Shown here: positions 31,126-42,236 of the stretch, in pieces
Layout: every line of letters begins with the position of its first letter
Position numbering within the stretch: position 1 is the first letter of the stretch
NCBI GenBank assembly: GCA_000002445.1
Contig: AL929603.2
Location: 672,001-736,000, forward strand
Direction: 5' to 3'
Source: Trypanosoma brucei
Taxonomy: Eukaryota
DNA length: 64,000 nt
The notes under the pieces: model-generated
What the model was told of the DNA's origin: nothing
Databases searched by the model: none
Seen by the model: the letters and a program-made list of their open reading frames with translations, nothing else
Program-made: the position numbers and the translations under genes

Positions 31126-34100
31126 ATGACAAGTGACGGAGCTGTTAATATGGACACACTTCCAACACTGGTGAGTGAACTTGCCAGTGTCGCTGCACGA
31201 GCGAATGGCAAGGCACTTGACATGGAGGGTGGTGTTGCCTACATAAATGCGCTTCACAAACTTGAGTCCTTTGCACTTTCCACAGGTGAAGAGGAATGGA
31301 AGCCCACTCCATCCACCACATCTGCTGCGGCCGACATAATGGAACTTGCGTTGCAAAGTGCAGCGCGCGAGCCGCTTTCGTGCGTGCTGCTTCAGGCCTG
31401 GGTTGCTGTGCTCGATGCTCTACTGCAGCGTGCCTCATCAACGATTATTGACCCCCAGCCGCATGCAAAACGCCTATGGGAAAGTGCGCAACGACTGGTG
31501 AAGCTCCGCACAGCGCCAGGGAGCGATGCAGCTTTGGCAAGTGTCCTGACTTTCCTAGGGGTAATTCTACGGCGACGGCAAATACACATCGAGTGTGCTC
31601 CTCGGGGTCAGCTTCCTAGCCCTGCGAGTACTCCGGGAATTTTGTCACGGGTGGCGGCATTACAACTTGTTCCTTTGCTTGCAGCATCAGCTCTGACCTC
31701 CAGTGGTCCAAAGAAGGCCTATATTACGTGGCCATGGTTGGAATACCTTCGCAAGGCGATCACATGTAATGTGCCCGCTGTTTGTGAGACTGGCGTTCGA
31801 GCCATGGGGACGATTCTTCAAACAGGGGCTGAACCTGAGGCGAACTATATAAACGATTTCATTGAATTGCTTTTTTCGCTGGCTGTGAGTGGTAACGCCT
31901 CTGCTGCGCTGGAGAATGAACTTGGATTTTCCATTGGACGGCTGCTTGCCGCCTCACAACGGCCGGGTGGATGGTCTCACTTCGGTTCCTCGATGGCCAA
32001 GGGATCGGTGCGCATCATGAAGCTTCTGTTTGATCCCGCCAAAATAAATCCAAGCTCAAAACGCGTTCTGTCAACGGCTGTGGGTGAGTTATTGGCGATC
32101 CTTGGTCCAACTAGTGCAAATTCAGTGGAAAAGGCAATTCACTGCATCTTCGAGTGGCTCCTGGCAGCAGACCCCCAAGATGGGACGTCGAACATGCCGG
32201 ATATTGTCGCAGGTGCCCTACTGCACTGGGCCAAAACGGCGCGCTCAGACACCTTTCGTAGCGCCATTTTGCGGCATCTTATCCCTTTCTTAGACACAGA
32301 TAGCAGTGAGACAGTGGCGTACACTGCCCTGTTGTGCCTTAAAGGTGTTGTTTCAACGGTTGTGGAGCTTGATGAATATGCGGCAAACCTTTGGGAGAAA
32401 CTCCTGAAGCAGGTCACCCGGAACAAGGATATCAAGAAAGCAACGAGTGAAGTTATGAAGTGCGTCGTGGAGCGCAACGAGTGGTGCCGGCGTGCACTGC
32501 TCCGACACATATTCGCAACGTGCTGCAGCAATAATCCCCCCACGGGGGTTGACGCGTACTTGTCGATGATGCCTCTCTTCACCATGCACGTACAAGCACT
32601 ACTTGAATTACCTGCGGCCGTGTTGCAGAAGCCTTGCATGACTGGTGTGACGCTTGCAGCCGTCGCCCGCCTCAGTGTGGATGATTCTCATGACGCACTC
32701 GCAGACATCTTTCATTGGTGCGTGGAGTATTTCTGTAAGCTTTCAAGGTTACTCTTAGTCCACCAGCGGCAGTCCCTGCCACCTACTATCACTACGAGCG
32801 TACGTTCCTCTCTACGTGTGTTCCTGGGCGCTCTCGTGAGCAGTGCACCAACAGCAGGCGAAGTGAGAGCCATCGCTTCGGCCCACGCGCGTGCCACAGT
32901 CGCCGCCTGTGAATTGCTCCCGCTAATAGAACCTGGGGATACGGAGGTTAAACTTGTCGTGGCGCTGCTAGAAACACTTGACGACCCGATTGTACCTGTT
33001 GCTGTTCCGCGCGTAAGGGGCGCCGTGTACAGATTGCTGAGCCGCCTGCCGTGGGGTACATGTCATGACGACGCTGGCAAGCGCCGGGCAGTTACACTTG
33101 CTTTGGACGATATGGGGGAGGCTGTGCGTCTCGGTGTGCCGTGCGCATGGGACGAAGAAGAGGCCGAGAAGTGTGGAACCAGTGATGGTGCTAATGGTAG
33201 TGCTGTAAGTATCGTAAAACTACATAATGTGGAGTTGCTCCCATGCCTGGCTGCTGTCTGGTGCCTTGACGATCGACAATGCATGAGGCCTACACCGAAA
33301 CAAGCCTTAACCTCTACTGTTACGCGCTGTGCTGTACAGCTGATAGCGGCAGCATCGGCTGCCACATGCAATGCCGGAACCCAGAGTGGCTGCTTGCTAC
33401 GGTCTGTGCTGGTGAGTATGCGTCACTGGCGTCAAATAAAGGCTGAGGACCCCACCGTGCAAGCATGGAACGTTTTGTGTTGTCTTAACGCAGTCACAGC
33501 GCCCACTAGCTCGAATCTCCCTGGTGGAAACGAAGCGGCTACTATTGTGGCTGAGGACAATGGTGGAGAATGGCTTGAATTCATTTCGACCCACTGGCTG
33601 GGGCACGGGGTTTGGGCTCTGCGGCTTCTGTCAGCTCAGATAATGGCAAGGCTTGCGTTAGCCTCGGGTGGCGTGGACACTTTTACTTCTTCTGTTGTGA
33701 ATCAAGTTAATTTGAGTTCCTGCCGCATTAGCGGCGCATTGATTGCGCTTGGCCTGATGCACGGCTGTCCCAACGGAGCTGGTGCGGATGGCACTAATAA
33801 AATAACTACTTCAGGGATGGCAATATCGTTTATAGCGCGGATGCTTAGTCAGTATGGTTTGCGCGGTGATGGGGAAGGGGCCGTGGTTGCCGCGTCTGTG
33901 CTCATATCTTTGATCCATCTTTCAGCACACCAAAGGCCATTGGTGGAGACCGTCATTCGAACATCTCTTGCTCCCCAACTTTTGTTGTACCAGGAGCCGC
34001 AACGGCAGACGGCACTGGCACCGATGCGTCCCATCGTCACGGTGTTGCTGCTTGAACTCGTGACACGTCTCTCACTTCACAAAAGCGTTCACGATGGATC

Positions 34101-36786
34101 CGTTATGAGCGTCTTTGCCTCCAGCGTCGTTTCATGTGCAGCCGTCGCTGCAGTTACAAGCACCACGGCAACCGCTGATGTCATTAATCAAAAAAATAAT
34201 AGTATTATTACGTACGGCAGCGCGTTTCCGATCGTGATGTCTGAGAAAGCGGCAGCAGCTGTGGTGGAAACCGTGCGGGAGGTGGTGGAAGACATCAAAC
34301 AGTTGCCGGCTCATCCGGTTGCTTCAACTCCTTCTGCTCATCACGGAGTTGGACACAGACTTGCCGTGGATATAGCTGTGCTCCAAAAGATTGTGCTGCA
34401 GGCCCTCGGCAACACGGGATACCTGAGTGATGCAGTCTCGTGTGCGGCAGCAGGCGTAACTGTATCGGCCGGCAGAGTGTTAAAACCGAGCAGCCTGATG
34501 TCGCAGTGGCTATTGAGGATGGCTGAACGCATCGACGGAGCCACGACGATGGAGAGTCGTCGTGCGTGGACAAAAGCGATGGGAGTTATCGTAAACCAAG
34601 CGTGGAGGGAGCCCCGTGAGAGGGCTGCGTGCCTGCATTCGCTGAATCTGATCATACGAGGAAAGCCCTCTCAGTTATATGGGACCGCCGGAGAGGAGGA
34701 TGAGAGGCCGAATCGTGGCGACATGGACATGGACGACTACGACATTGAAACAAAGGGCGTTTCACTTGCGAAGGCTGCGCCGGCACTCGAGCTGCGAACG
34801 GTGTCGAGCGAGCCACAGTCGAAGGCAGCTGTGCTGAACGTCTTACTGCAAGTTCTGAACGAGGAGCATCAACGCGTTGAGTTGAACGATGACACTCTCC
34901 CGCAGTTTCTTCAGCTGCTTTTTTCTGCTGTAGCACTTGCAGAGGTGTCGCCGTGTCTCGTCCGACCGGCTGCGGATGCTCTATATCTGCTGCTCAGGAA
35001 GTACGGTTACAGCATGAAAGATATATCGACGCCGCTGCTACAGCCATGGAAGGTTCTGCTGATCAACGGGATGGTTCATGTTATAGAACGGTGCGTGTAC
35101 TACAGTGGAGTAGGCAGCGCCCTCGCAGAAGAATTTTTTGCCAGTAACATTTCGGACGACACAAGTGCCCGCCGCGTTGTCTCGGCTCTCACCCAGCTCT
35201 TTTCACAGTTGGGGCAGCTTGATGTAAGTCACGCCGAGGTAAGCCATGGCTGCAGTGGGCGAGTGGCTGCCGCCATCGCAAGGTGTTCAGCAGTTGCATC
35301 TTCTTGTAATGATTCTTCCAAAACACAACCTGCCCGTTGGCCGCAAACATTACAACGAGCCCACGATACGCTCGCGTCGCCCAACGCTCAGGCAGTGATA
35401 GCACTCCTATGCAATCAGATTGTCTCTGCTATAACACTTGCACACGGATACGAACCACCACATGGAATGGTTCCCACGCCGCTGGATTCCTGTACGTATG
35501 TCACACCAGCAGTCGCACTGGAATTGCTCCTTCAACTCCGCAACACATCGCAGGACATTGACTCCACCGTAAGCCACGCTGCGGGGTACTTGATTGTTAT
35601 ACTTTTGGCAATAAAGATAGAGGAAACAGTGGTACCCCGGCCCGTGCTCAGCGGCGTCTCTCTTCAACAGCTACGCACCTTGGTGCCGCTGCTGTCCCCA
35701 CCCCACTGTGAAACGTTAGTGGACACCGTCCTTGCACTGCTCCCAACAGTGCTGTTGAAGGAAGTTGGCATGAAAGAAGAGGAAAAGATGGAGGAATTGA
35801 TAGAAATCTCTGCAGCGGCGGCATCGCTCATACAGAGCAGCCGCGGAAATAGTGCCTTCATGCCTACAGAGGGGCGAGACGAAGTGCGTGAAAAGCGCCG
35901 AAGTCAAGTAGAGCGGCTGATCTCTATGCTGACGGCCGAGACTCATCGTGTGTTGAATTTATCGCTTGCGCCCCTTACCCTTGTGGTACATAGTGACTGT
36001 AGTGTGGACTGCGTCGTTGAAGTGTTGCGCCAACTCGACGTCAACGTGCTGCTGCGTAGTGAAGGAAGGGCGGCTGCACTATCTATGCATTTATGCCAGA
36101 GGTTCCCCGTAGAGGAGTTGCGTGATATGGCCCAATCCAGTGTATGCGCTTTCCTACTACTATTGTGCTGTGAGGAAAGCCAGCAGAGGCTGAAAATGTT
36201 GGAGACCCCGAACATCTCCCCAACTGTACTCGCACGCATTGCGGAGGCATTCGCGCAGTCAAGGGACCCGAAGCTACTGATCGAATACTTGCGCCCCCAA
36301 CTGAGCTGTTCCACTCGGGTTTGTGGTGTATTTCTGTCCGTGTGTACGGCCGCGAAGCGTGCGGAGCTGCAGCAGCAGTGGAGACCTTGCGTGGAGGATA
36401 TGCTTCTGGCAAGTATTGACGCAGCGGAGCCGCAGGAGAAGGAAATGGAGGGGTTGTACAAACAAACGCAGCCTTACGGTGACGACACAAATAAACGTGT
36501 GGCTTTCTTTGTGCGAAGTTTAATTTCCCTGTCGCACATGCACGGCGGTCCGAGGGAAGCCTACTCACGATATCCGAAAGCTTGCTCGGCCTTAACGGAC
36601 CATATCATGAAGAACTACGCGAATGAGCTGAGGACTGTCATCCAGTCGTTGCATGAGGGGGACGCGGGTACGCTGCGGGAGCTCATGCAGTTACGGGGCG
36701 GCGCCACTCAATGTGGGCCGGGGGCGCAAACCACAACCGCGGCGGCTCCGCAACGCCTAACGATTAACCTCTCGTCATTCACGTAG
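31126..36786 (+). CDS. large alpha-solenoid (HEAT/ARM-like) protein (hypothetical, 1886 aa)
   Basis: Uninterrupted 5.7-kb ORF with an ATG start. Amphipathic L/A/V-rich helices repeat throughout, as in HEAT-repeat scaffolds. No catalytic motif is visible. Confidence 0.6.
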   Translation: MTSDGAVNMDTLPTLVSELASVAARANGKALDMEGGVAYINALHKLESFALSTGEEEWKPTPSTTSAAADIMELALQSAAREPLSCVLLQAWVAVLDALLQRASSTIIDPQPHAKRLWESAQRLVKLRTAPGSDAALASVLTFLGVILRRRQIHIECAPRGQLPSPASTPGILSRVAALQLVPLLAASALTSSGPKKAYITWPWLEYLRKAITCNVPAVCETGVRAMGTILQTGAEPEANYINDFIELLFSLAVSGNASAALENELGFSIGRLLAASQRPGGWSHFGSSMAKGSVRIMKLLFDPAKINPSSKRVLSTAVGELLAILGPTSANSVEKAIHCIFEWLLAADPQDGTSNMPDIVAGALLHWAKTARSDTFRSAILRHLIPFLDTDSSETVAYTALLCLKGVVSTVVELDEYAANLWEKLLKQVTRNKDIKKATSEVMKCVVERNEWCRRALLRHIFATCCSNNPPTGVDAYLSMMPLFTMHVQALLELPAAVLQKPCMTGVTLAAVARLSVDDSHDALADIFHWCVEYFCKLSRLLLVHQRQSLPPTITTSVRSSLRVFLGALVSSAPTAGEVRAIASAHARATVAACELLPLIEPGDTEVKLVVALLETLDDPIVPVAVPRVRGAVYRLLSRLPWGTCHDDAGKRRAVTLALDDMGEAVRLGVPCAWDEEEAEKCGTSDGANGSAVSIVKLHNVELLPCLAAVWCLDDRQCMRPTPKQALTSTVTRCAVQLIAAASAATCNAGTQSGCLLRSVLVSMRHWRQIKAEDPTVQAWNVLCCLNAVTAPTSSNLPGGNEAATIVAEDNGGEWLEFISTHWLGHGVWALRLLSAQIMARLALASGGVDTFTSSVVNQVNLSSCRISGALIALGLMHGCPNGAGADGTNKITTSGMAISFIARMLSQYGLRGDGEGAVVAASVLISLIHLSAHQRPLVETVIRTSLAPQLLLYQEPQRQTALAPMRPIVTVLLLELVTRLSLHKSVHDGSVMSVFASSVVSCAAVAAVTSTTATADVINQKNNSIITYGSAFPIVMSEKAAAAVVETVREVVEDIKQLPAHPVASTPSAHHGVGHRLAVDIAVLQKIVLQALGNTGYLSDAVSCAAAGVTVSAGRVLKPSSLMSQWLLRMAERIDGATTMESRRAWTKAMGVIVNQAWREPRERAACLHSLNLIIRGKPSQLYGTAGEEDERPNRGDMDMDDYDIETKGVSLAKAAPALELRTVSSEPQSKAAVLNVLLQVLNEEHQRVELNDDTLPQFLQLLFSAVALAEVSPCLVRPAADALYLLLRKYGYSMKDISTPLLQPWKVLLINGMVHVIERCVYYSGVGSALAEEFFASNISDDTSARRVVSALTQLFSQLGQLDVSHAEVSHGCSGRVAAAIARCSAVASSCNDSSKTQPARWPQTLQRAHDTLASPNAQAVIALLCNQIVSAITLAHGYEPPHGMVPTPLDSCTYVTPAVALELLLQLRNTSQDIDSTVSHAAGYLIVILLAIKIEETVVPRPVLSGVSLQQLRTLVPLLSPPHCETLVDTVLALLPTVLLKEVGMKEEEKMEELIEISAAAASLIQSSRGNSAFMPTEGRDEVREKRRSQVERLISMLTAETHRVLNLSLAPLTLVVHSDCSVDCVVEVLRQLDVNVLLRSEGRAAALSMHLCQRFPVEELRDMAQSSVCAFLLLLCCEESQQRLKMLETPNISPTVLARIAEAFAQSRDPKLLIEYLRPQLSCSTRVCGVFLSVCTAAKRAELQQQWRPCVEDMLLASIDAAEPQEKEMEGLYKQTQPYGDDTNKRVAFFVRSLISLSHMHGGPREAYSRYPKACSALTDHIMKNYANELRTVIQSLHEGDAGTLRELMQLRGGATQCGPGAQTTTAAAPQRLTINLSSFT

Positions 36787-37572
36787 CCCCGATAATATCC
36801 CACATTGGGCTCCTTAGCCCAATCCTGCAAATACGGTAACGGCCCCGTGCGCACCCGTTCACTCAATTTTTACGTATTGCTTTATTCCGACTTATGCTAC
36901 CTTTGTGCGTGTGTATTTATTTTATCCTCCTTTGGTCAGCATGCTTGACTGCAGAAATGGGCTTTCTGGGTGCATGCTTTGCGAGTAAACGAAAATCATT
37001 GTTAACAAACTACCTGTTTATAGCTGTGAATATTGGTGGAGAGGTAAGAAAACAGGTGAGAGTGTGTAGATTTATGTGTATCGCGTAGGAAATTCTCTCT
37101 AAAAAGATAATTAGTCTTCACCACCGCGCTTCTTCTCACTCGCATCACAAAGAAAGGCGGCTACTGATTGTTTGCTAAGATAAGGGAGGAAGCAAGGGTA
37201 TGATAGGGTCAACTGCACCTCTCATGCACATCATGTCTTAACGTGCACACATGTGAATGTGTGCGTCTATATACGTGTATGTTGGTTGCGTGCATAGGTG
37301 TGCGTACTTCTTTTTTGATATTATAAACAAGCAGGCCAAAGAAAAGTGCTGTGAACTTCGATAAGCCAGCCCTCACATACATACACACGTGTATGGCCGT
37401 GAGTTTGTGTTTGCACATCTTCCTTGCTGGCACCATCTTTCATTCCCTTCTGTTTATGTATCTTTCTAAGGTCTCTGAGCACGGTTAGAGAGGGGAGTAG
37501 CATCACACAGTCTCCAAAAAAAAAAGGAAATAAGCGAAAAAAAGTACAGGCGACGATATCAGCCGTGATTAG

Positions 37573-40308
37573 ATGAGTGCATTTGCGCTGGCGACACGCG
37601 GAGAACCAGTGTCGTGGGAAAAGTTGGTAGTGCGCGCGCTGAGTTTCATTGACGCCACGCCAAGTGTGGCTGCTACCAATGCACTCCACGCACTCACTTC
37701 CTATAGCGCATCGCCTCCAAGCATTTACTGCGATGCGGCGGCCGGAGTCCGCAACGCGAAGCTACACAGTGGGTTGCTCCTTTCACTCCATCATGCAACA
37801 GCACAGTGGCCAAAGCTTTTGCGGCATATGCTCGCGCCGCCGCCAGTTATCGTGGGAGAGCAATCGCTTTCAATTAGCGGACCAGCAATGGAACTCTTCG
37901 TGGTGCTCTACAACGCCAGTGTTAGCAATTGCGAAGCGGGGTTCGCGGCGATGTCCCGCGCACATGCAGATGCAGCACGCACCGGTATGATGACAGCAGC
38001 AGAAACGCCGTCTTCATCTCCCCTTGCCAACAGCAAATCTGCCTTTAAAAGCTTCACTATGGGTGCAGAACTTGCCTTCCTCGCGGAACAGGCGCTAGCG
38101 GAGGGCGGCGACGAGTTGCTGCCTGCTGTCGATCGTCATTCATTACAGAAACAACTTGACTTCCGTTCCATACATGAGCTGGCAGAGTTGTGCGTAGCAA
38201 CGGCGAAATACGTCTATTCTACAACCTCAGGGGCCGTATCCAAGAAGCATGACACCCTTGCTAAGCTTGCGTATGCCGCAGCAACGACAGCAGTGCCTCT
38301 AGGACTGAAAGCAATGTCCTTGCTGCTAACAGTTATGTCAAGGCTTCTGACGGCGGCGTATCACCGCCACATGGCGGAACATTACTACCGCTTAGACAAG
38401 GTGCCTGATATGTCACTTGTGCTCGGACACATCATGTACGCCATGAAGCTCTTGAAAAAAATACAGGTGGATTGCCCTGCTGTTCTTCGAGGGCATGCCA
38501 CTTCGCAGAAAGCTCCGCCATCATCTTCCTCCGATGCGATGAGAAGTGTCCGCCAGCTACTTGGACAAATCAGTGCTAGCATTGTTGGAAACGGAGGGAC
38601 AGGTGCAAAAGAACAGGGATGTCAGTCGATTAACGAGCTGGCGGACCTGTTGGAGGAAGGAGATATGATGAAAGTGTTTCCCCTTGCAGGAAGCCTCGTC
38701 CGCGACGTGGCCAAACTGCACGAGAAATACCAACATGAGAACTCGGTTGTGTATTACTCGCGGCCAGCGTCCGATGAAGAAATTAAGGATGACGTCCCAG
38801 AGGCAAAACTGCTTGATGTGGCGAGTGATAGTATTAGATACAGCAGCAATCGTGAAGAGCTGTTAGAGGTCTTGGCTAAGAGGCTCGACACCGATCTCTC
38901 TAAGTTTGCAGAACTTCCAGCTCCAGATGAGTTGGCCTCATCGCTGGAGGGTCGAGAGATGATGGTCAGAGTCCGCGACAAACTGAAGGCACTTCAGCAG
39001 CTCACCGCGGATGCAAAAGAGACTCTGAGCATCCCACACTTTGTGGAACCCACGCTGACGCAACTAGAGTCGCTTCTCCAACCATACGTCAAGCCCGCAA
39101 TCCAAGATAGAGGTGCGAGTCGAAATGACGAGGGCAGCGGGGCCACTACAGATAGTCCCTGTCCACTAGACAGTTGCCTGGACGCAGCCGTCAATAATGT
39201 GGAAGAAGCGCTTTCACGACATCTTCAGGTCAGTAATGGGTTGTATCGTGCGAAGTGTGAGTACATTGGTGAGTACGTAGGACCCTTTGAGGTAACAGAG
39301 ACACTCAAGAACAGACAACACGCGTGGCTCACGCGAGTACACCAACTGCGTTCTAGCGTGAGGAGCATTCTCATTCACCGTGACAAAAAGGTAGAGCTCC
39401 GCGAAACGCTCCTTCTCCCCGAAAGCACAGTGTTGCAACCGTGCCTCGCGAATGCTGTCACCGTTGTGGAGAGAGCCGGGGATTTACTGTCCTCGCTGGA
39501 GCCTAAACGGGCTTCCCGTGGCACTACTCCTCCCGCATCAGACAATTCTTCTGATGAACAGCTGTCCGCTGCGGCTAGACTTCAGGTTCTACTGGAAACG
39601 TTATGTGAGGCAGATGGTTCACTGACCGCAGCCTTCGAGCGCGCGCAGCCGCTTCGTGATGAGACACGGTGGGCGCGTGTGGCAGGTGTGCTGCGCGAAG
39701 CTGCTGAACTCATCGGCGAAGGGAACAATATTGTTAGCGAGGCAGTCTCGGCAACGGATGAAATGGAAAAGCAACAAAGTCGTATCGTCGTGCATCCAAT
39801 TGAGCGTCTGCAGGACGTCGTCTTTGAAACGCCGAGCCTTCCTGGCCAAAGGAAGCGGCGTGGGAAGCAGGCGGAACCTCCTCGACAGCGAATGGCCACA
39901 CCAACAAAGCAAGAACTGGAGGGTGCCTCATGTTCCACTTCCGAACAGGCTCCTTGCAGGAAGGGTAAAAACCGTCACACGGGGTTGGGGGAAAAAGCGG
40001 AGGTTGTCGAGGGCGTTAGATGGAGTTGGCCATCAACTGTTGAGAAGGGCATTCGCACTGAAAATACGAGTGGCGCCGAGTCACCAGCCGATAACGTTGC
40101 TGTTGTGGGAAGTGTGCGCAGTACCAAAAGGTCAAGGGAGGGAACGCCGCTGTCGCCCTTAAACTCCTCCGTCGCAAGTGATGCAGCTGGCCAGTTGAAC
40201 ATTCCAGAAGCGGAGGCATCTCCATTGTTCAAGCGTCGCATAAAGGAGCTCAACAGCGGCCGGATCGGTAGAAAAGGTGGTGAAGCAGGCGGAAGGAAGG
40301 GAAATTAA
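37573..40308 (+). CDS. hypothetical protein (911 aa) with a basic Ser/Pro-rich C-terminal tail
   Basis: Uninterrupted ORF with an ATG start and coding-like composition, co-directional with its neighbours. Confidence 0.55.
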   Translation: MSAFALATRGEPVSWEKLVVRALSFIDATPSVAATNALHALTSYSASPPSIYCDAAAGVRNAKLHSGLLLSLHHATAQWPKLLRHMLAPPPVIVGEQSLSISGPAMELFVVLYNASVSNCEAGFAAMSRAHADAARTGMMTAAETPSSSPLANSKSAFKSFTMGAELAFLAEQALAEGGDELLPAVDRHSLQKQLDFRSIHELAELCVATAKYVYSTTSGAVSKKHDTLAKLAYAAATTAVPLGLKAMSLLLTVMSRLLTAAYHRHMAEHYYRLDKVPDMSLVLGHIMYAMKLLKKIQVDCPAVLRGHATSQKAPPSSSSDAMRSVRQLLGQISASIVGNGGTGAKEQGCQSINELADLLEEGDMMKVFPLAGSLVRDVAKLHEKYQHENSVVYYSRPASDEEIKDDVPEAKLLDVASDSIRYSSNREELLEVLAKRLDTDLSKFAELPAPDELASSLEGREMMVRVRDKLKALQQLTADAKETLSIPHFVEPTLTQLESLLQPYVKPAIQDRGASRNDEGSGATTDSPCPLDSCLDAAVNNVEEALSRHLQVSNGLYRAKCEYIGEYVGPFEVTETLKNRQHAWLTRVHQLRSSVRSILIHRDKKVELRETLLLPESTVLQPCLANAVTVVERAGDLLSSLEPKRASRGTTPPASDNSSDEQLSAAARLQVLLETLCEADGSLTAAFERAQPLRDETRWARVAGVLREAAELIGEGNNIVSEAVSATDEMEKQQSRIVVHPIERLQDVVFETPSLPGQRKRRGKQAEPPRQRMATPTKQELEGASCSTSEQAPCRKGKNRHTGLGEKAEVVEGVRWSWPSTVEKGIRTENTSGAESPADNVAVVGSVRSTKRSREGTPLSPLNSSVASDAAGQLNIPEAEASPLFKRRIKELNSGRIGRKGGEAGGRKGN

Positions 40309-40979
40309 CTGCGGGGAGGTAAAGCAACATGGCGCTGAAAGGTGTGATGGGCAGGATAAAATATTGGGGGGCTTTGAAGGGGACGTAATTTGAGGTTATG
40401 TCATACGTCTGGCGTGGGTTGTTTCTGAGTTGATCGAACAGATCGTTGTTGCTACGCCAACTGCAGCCAATTGGTAGTGTTAGGGCAGACTCAAACGTAT
40501 ATACATATATACACTGATATAACTTTCCCGTGCTCGTTTCTCATGTTGCACGTGAGGAAGGGAGCGGAACCCTTCCTTGTGGTGACAGTTGGACTAGCCA
40601 TGGTCAGTTACCTCTGTTTGATGTTGCCGACATCTTTCACTTCAGGTATACAAACTTGTAGTGAACAGATGGGAAACAGTGGAGGTAACATCAGACAAAA
40701 AATGTGCTTGTACCAGTCATTTCTCTCACTTGAGCAACATTGTTATTTGACACGTTCTCAGTTTCGTATGCAACAGCAGAAAGTTCAAACATCCCGCTAT
40801 TACGTCTTTTTTTTTCCATCTGCTTCCGCTCTGCCTTGCATGTGCACACGTGCCTGGTCCCTCATACATCCACAAACATGCACACGAAGCGGCAAAGGGA
40901 AGGAAGAGGGGAGTATTTCTACTCGTTATTCTCCAGTAGCAGCCGTGACCAGCACCAGTCCTCCTTTTGCCGGCCTTTA

Positions 40980-41735
40980 ATGGTGCTACAGCATCTTGAA
41001 CTTCTTCGAAAGAAGCGTATTTTGCTCGCGTCTGCCTCACCGCGGCGCCTAGAAATACTTAAAATCATCGGACTTGATGTCCACGTATGTCCATCGGGTG
41101 TTGCAGAGGATTTACCAAAGAGTGAGTTCAAGTGCGGTGGGGATTACGCTCTCTGCACTGCAAAGCTGAAAGCTAAACACATAATTAGACAGAAAATGGA
41201 AGCGGCCAACAGTGGCAGTGGGAAAACGCAAAGTGGTTCACGCAGTCGCTTGCCGTTTGATGTGCTCATTGCGGCTGATACCGTTTCGACGATGCCCGCT
41301 CACGAGGGCGACGGTACAATCGACATCATTGAGAAACCTTCGACCCGCGAGGAGGCGGCCGCCACGATGCGACGGTTGTCTGGAAACTCACATGAGATGT
41401 GGACCGGCGTCGCCATTGCTGTGGTGTGCGGAAAGAACTCCACAGATGACGATGGAGGCGTCGGGGACAACTGTGAGGAGTTGATACGTTGGTTTGAGTT
41501 GAAGGTGTGCACCACCGTGCACTTCGCGGTGTTGTCGGAAGCTGAAATATTGGCTTACACCAGCTGCCCAGATAACTGGGCTGGTAAGGCGGCGGGTTAT
41601 GGTATTCAGGGTATCGCTGCCTGCATGATCCGCTCTATAGAGGGAGATTACTACAATGTTATGGGGCTTCCGCTTCAGGCTGTGTGTGCTTTGTTTGACA
41701 AACTCATCGATGAGGGGATAATTTCACACAATTAG
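40980..41735 (+). CDS. Maf-like nucleoside-triphosphate pyrophosphatase (Maf/septum-formation family)
   Basis: 'ILLASASPRRLEILKIIGL', 'LIAADTVS', 'EKPSTREEAAATMRRLSGNSHEMWTGVAI' and 'GKAAGYGIQGIAACMIRSIEGDYYNVMGLPL' match the Maf signature. Track ORF begins at TTG 40740 and runs through a polypyrimidine tract. I chose the ATG at 40980 (MVLQHLELL...); an earlier ATG at ~40878 is possible. Confidence 0.7.
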   Translation: MVLQHLELLRKKRILLASASPRRLEILKIIGLDVHVCPSGVAEDLPKSEFKCGGDYALCTAKLKAKHIIRQKMEAANSGSGKTQSGSRSRLPFDVLIAADTVSTMPAHEGDGTIDIIEKPSTREEAAATMRRLSGNSHEMWTGVAIAVVCGKNSTDDDGGVGDNCEELIRWFELKVCTTVHFAVLSEAEILAYTSCPDNWAGKAAGYGIQGIAACMIRSIEGDYYNVMGLPLQAVCALFDKLIDEGIISHN

Positions 41736-42201
41736 TGGAGCTAGCACGATGGCACATATTTGCGGTATCCTTGTCAATGTGAAAGCAAAACACAGAAAGA
41801 GAAGAGGAGATATGAAGAAGAACAGGAGGAGGGCGGCCTCTTCCAAAGGTTGGCACGCAAAGATATGCGTTTGGTTGCCTGGGCTGCTTCATGAATGTTC
41901 ACAAGGTGGGCTACAGGCATCGGGTGCAATATCCCATAAGTTCCCTCAACCCACTCCATCACAGTACCCAAACTTGCCCGTAACACCTCATGTTTTCCCC
42001 CCATTAGACGGGATATGCACATTTACATCCGTATATATATATATATACATATATATCCTTCTTATTGGTCTACGCAACGAATGTTTGTCGAAGCGAAGGG
42101 AAGGGAAACTGAAAAGGGGTACCAAGAGAGGTGGGAAACTAGTTAACTAGTGCTCTTTGGAGTGGGAGGAGGAGACAATCCAGGAAGGGATAGAGGGCTC
42201 G

Positions 42202-42222
42202 TTTTTTTCTTTTTCTTGTCAG
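42202..42222 (+). promoter_or_regulatory. polypyrimidine tract plus AG dinucleotide immediately upstream of the EFR3-like start
   Basis: 'gtttttttctttttcttgtcAG' lies 15 nt before ATG 42237. It sits inside the ORF-track N-terminal extension, which argues the extension is untranslated. Confidence 0.5.
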
Positions 42223-42236
42223 TGGTAGTAAGGGGA

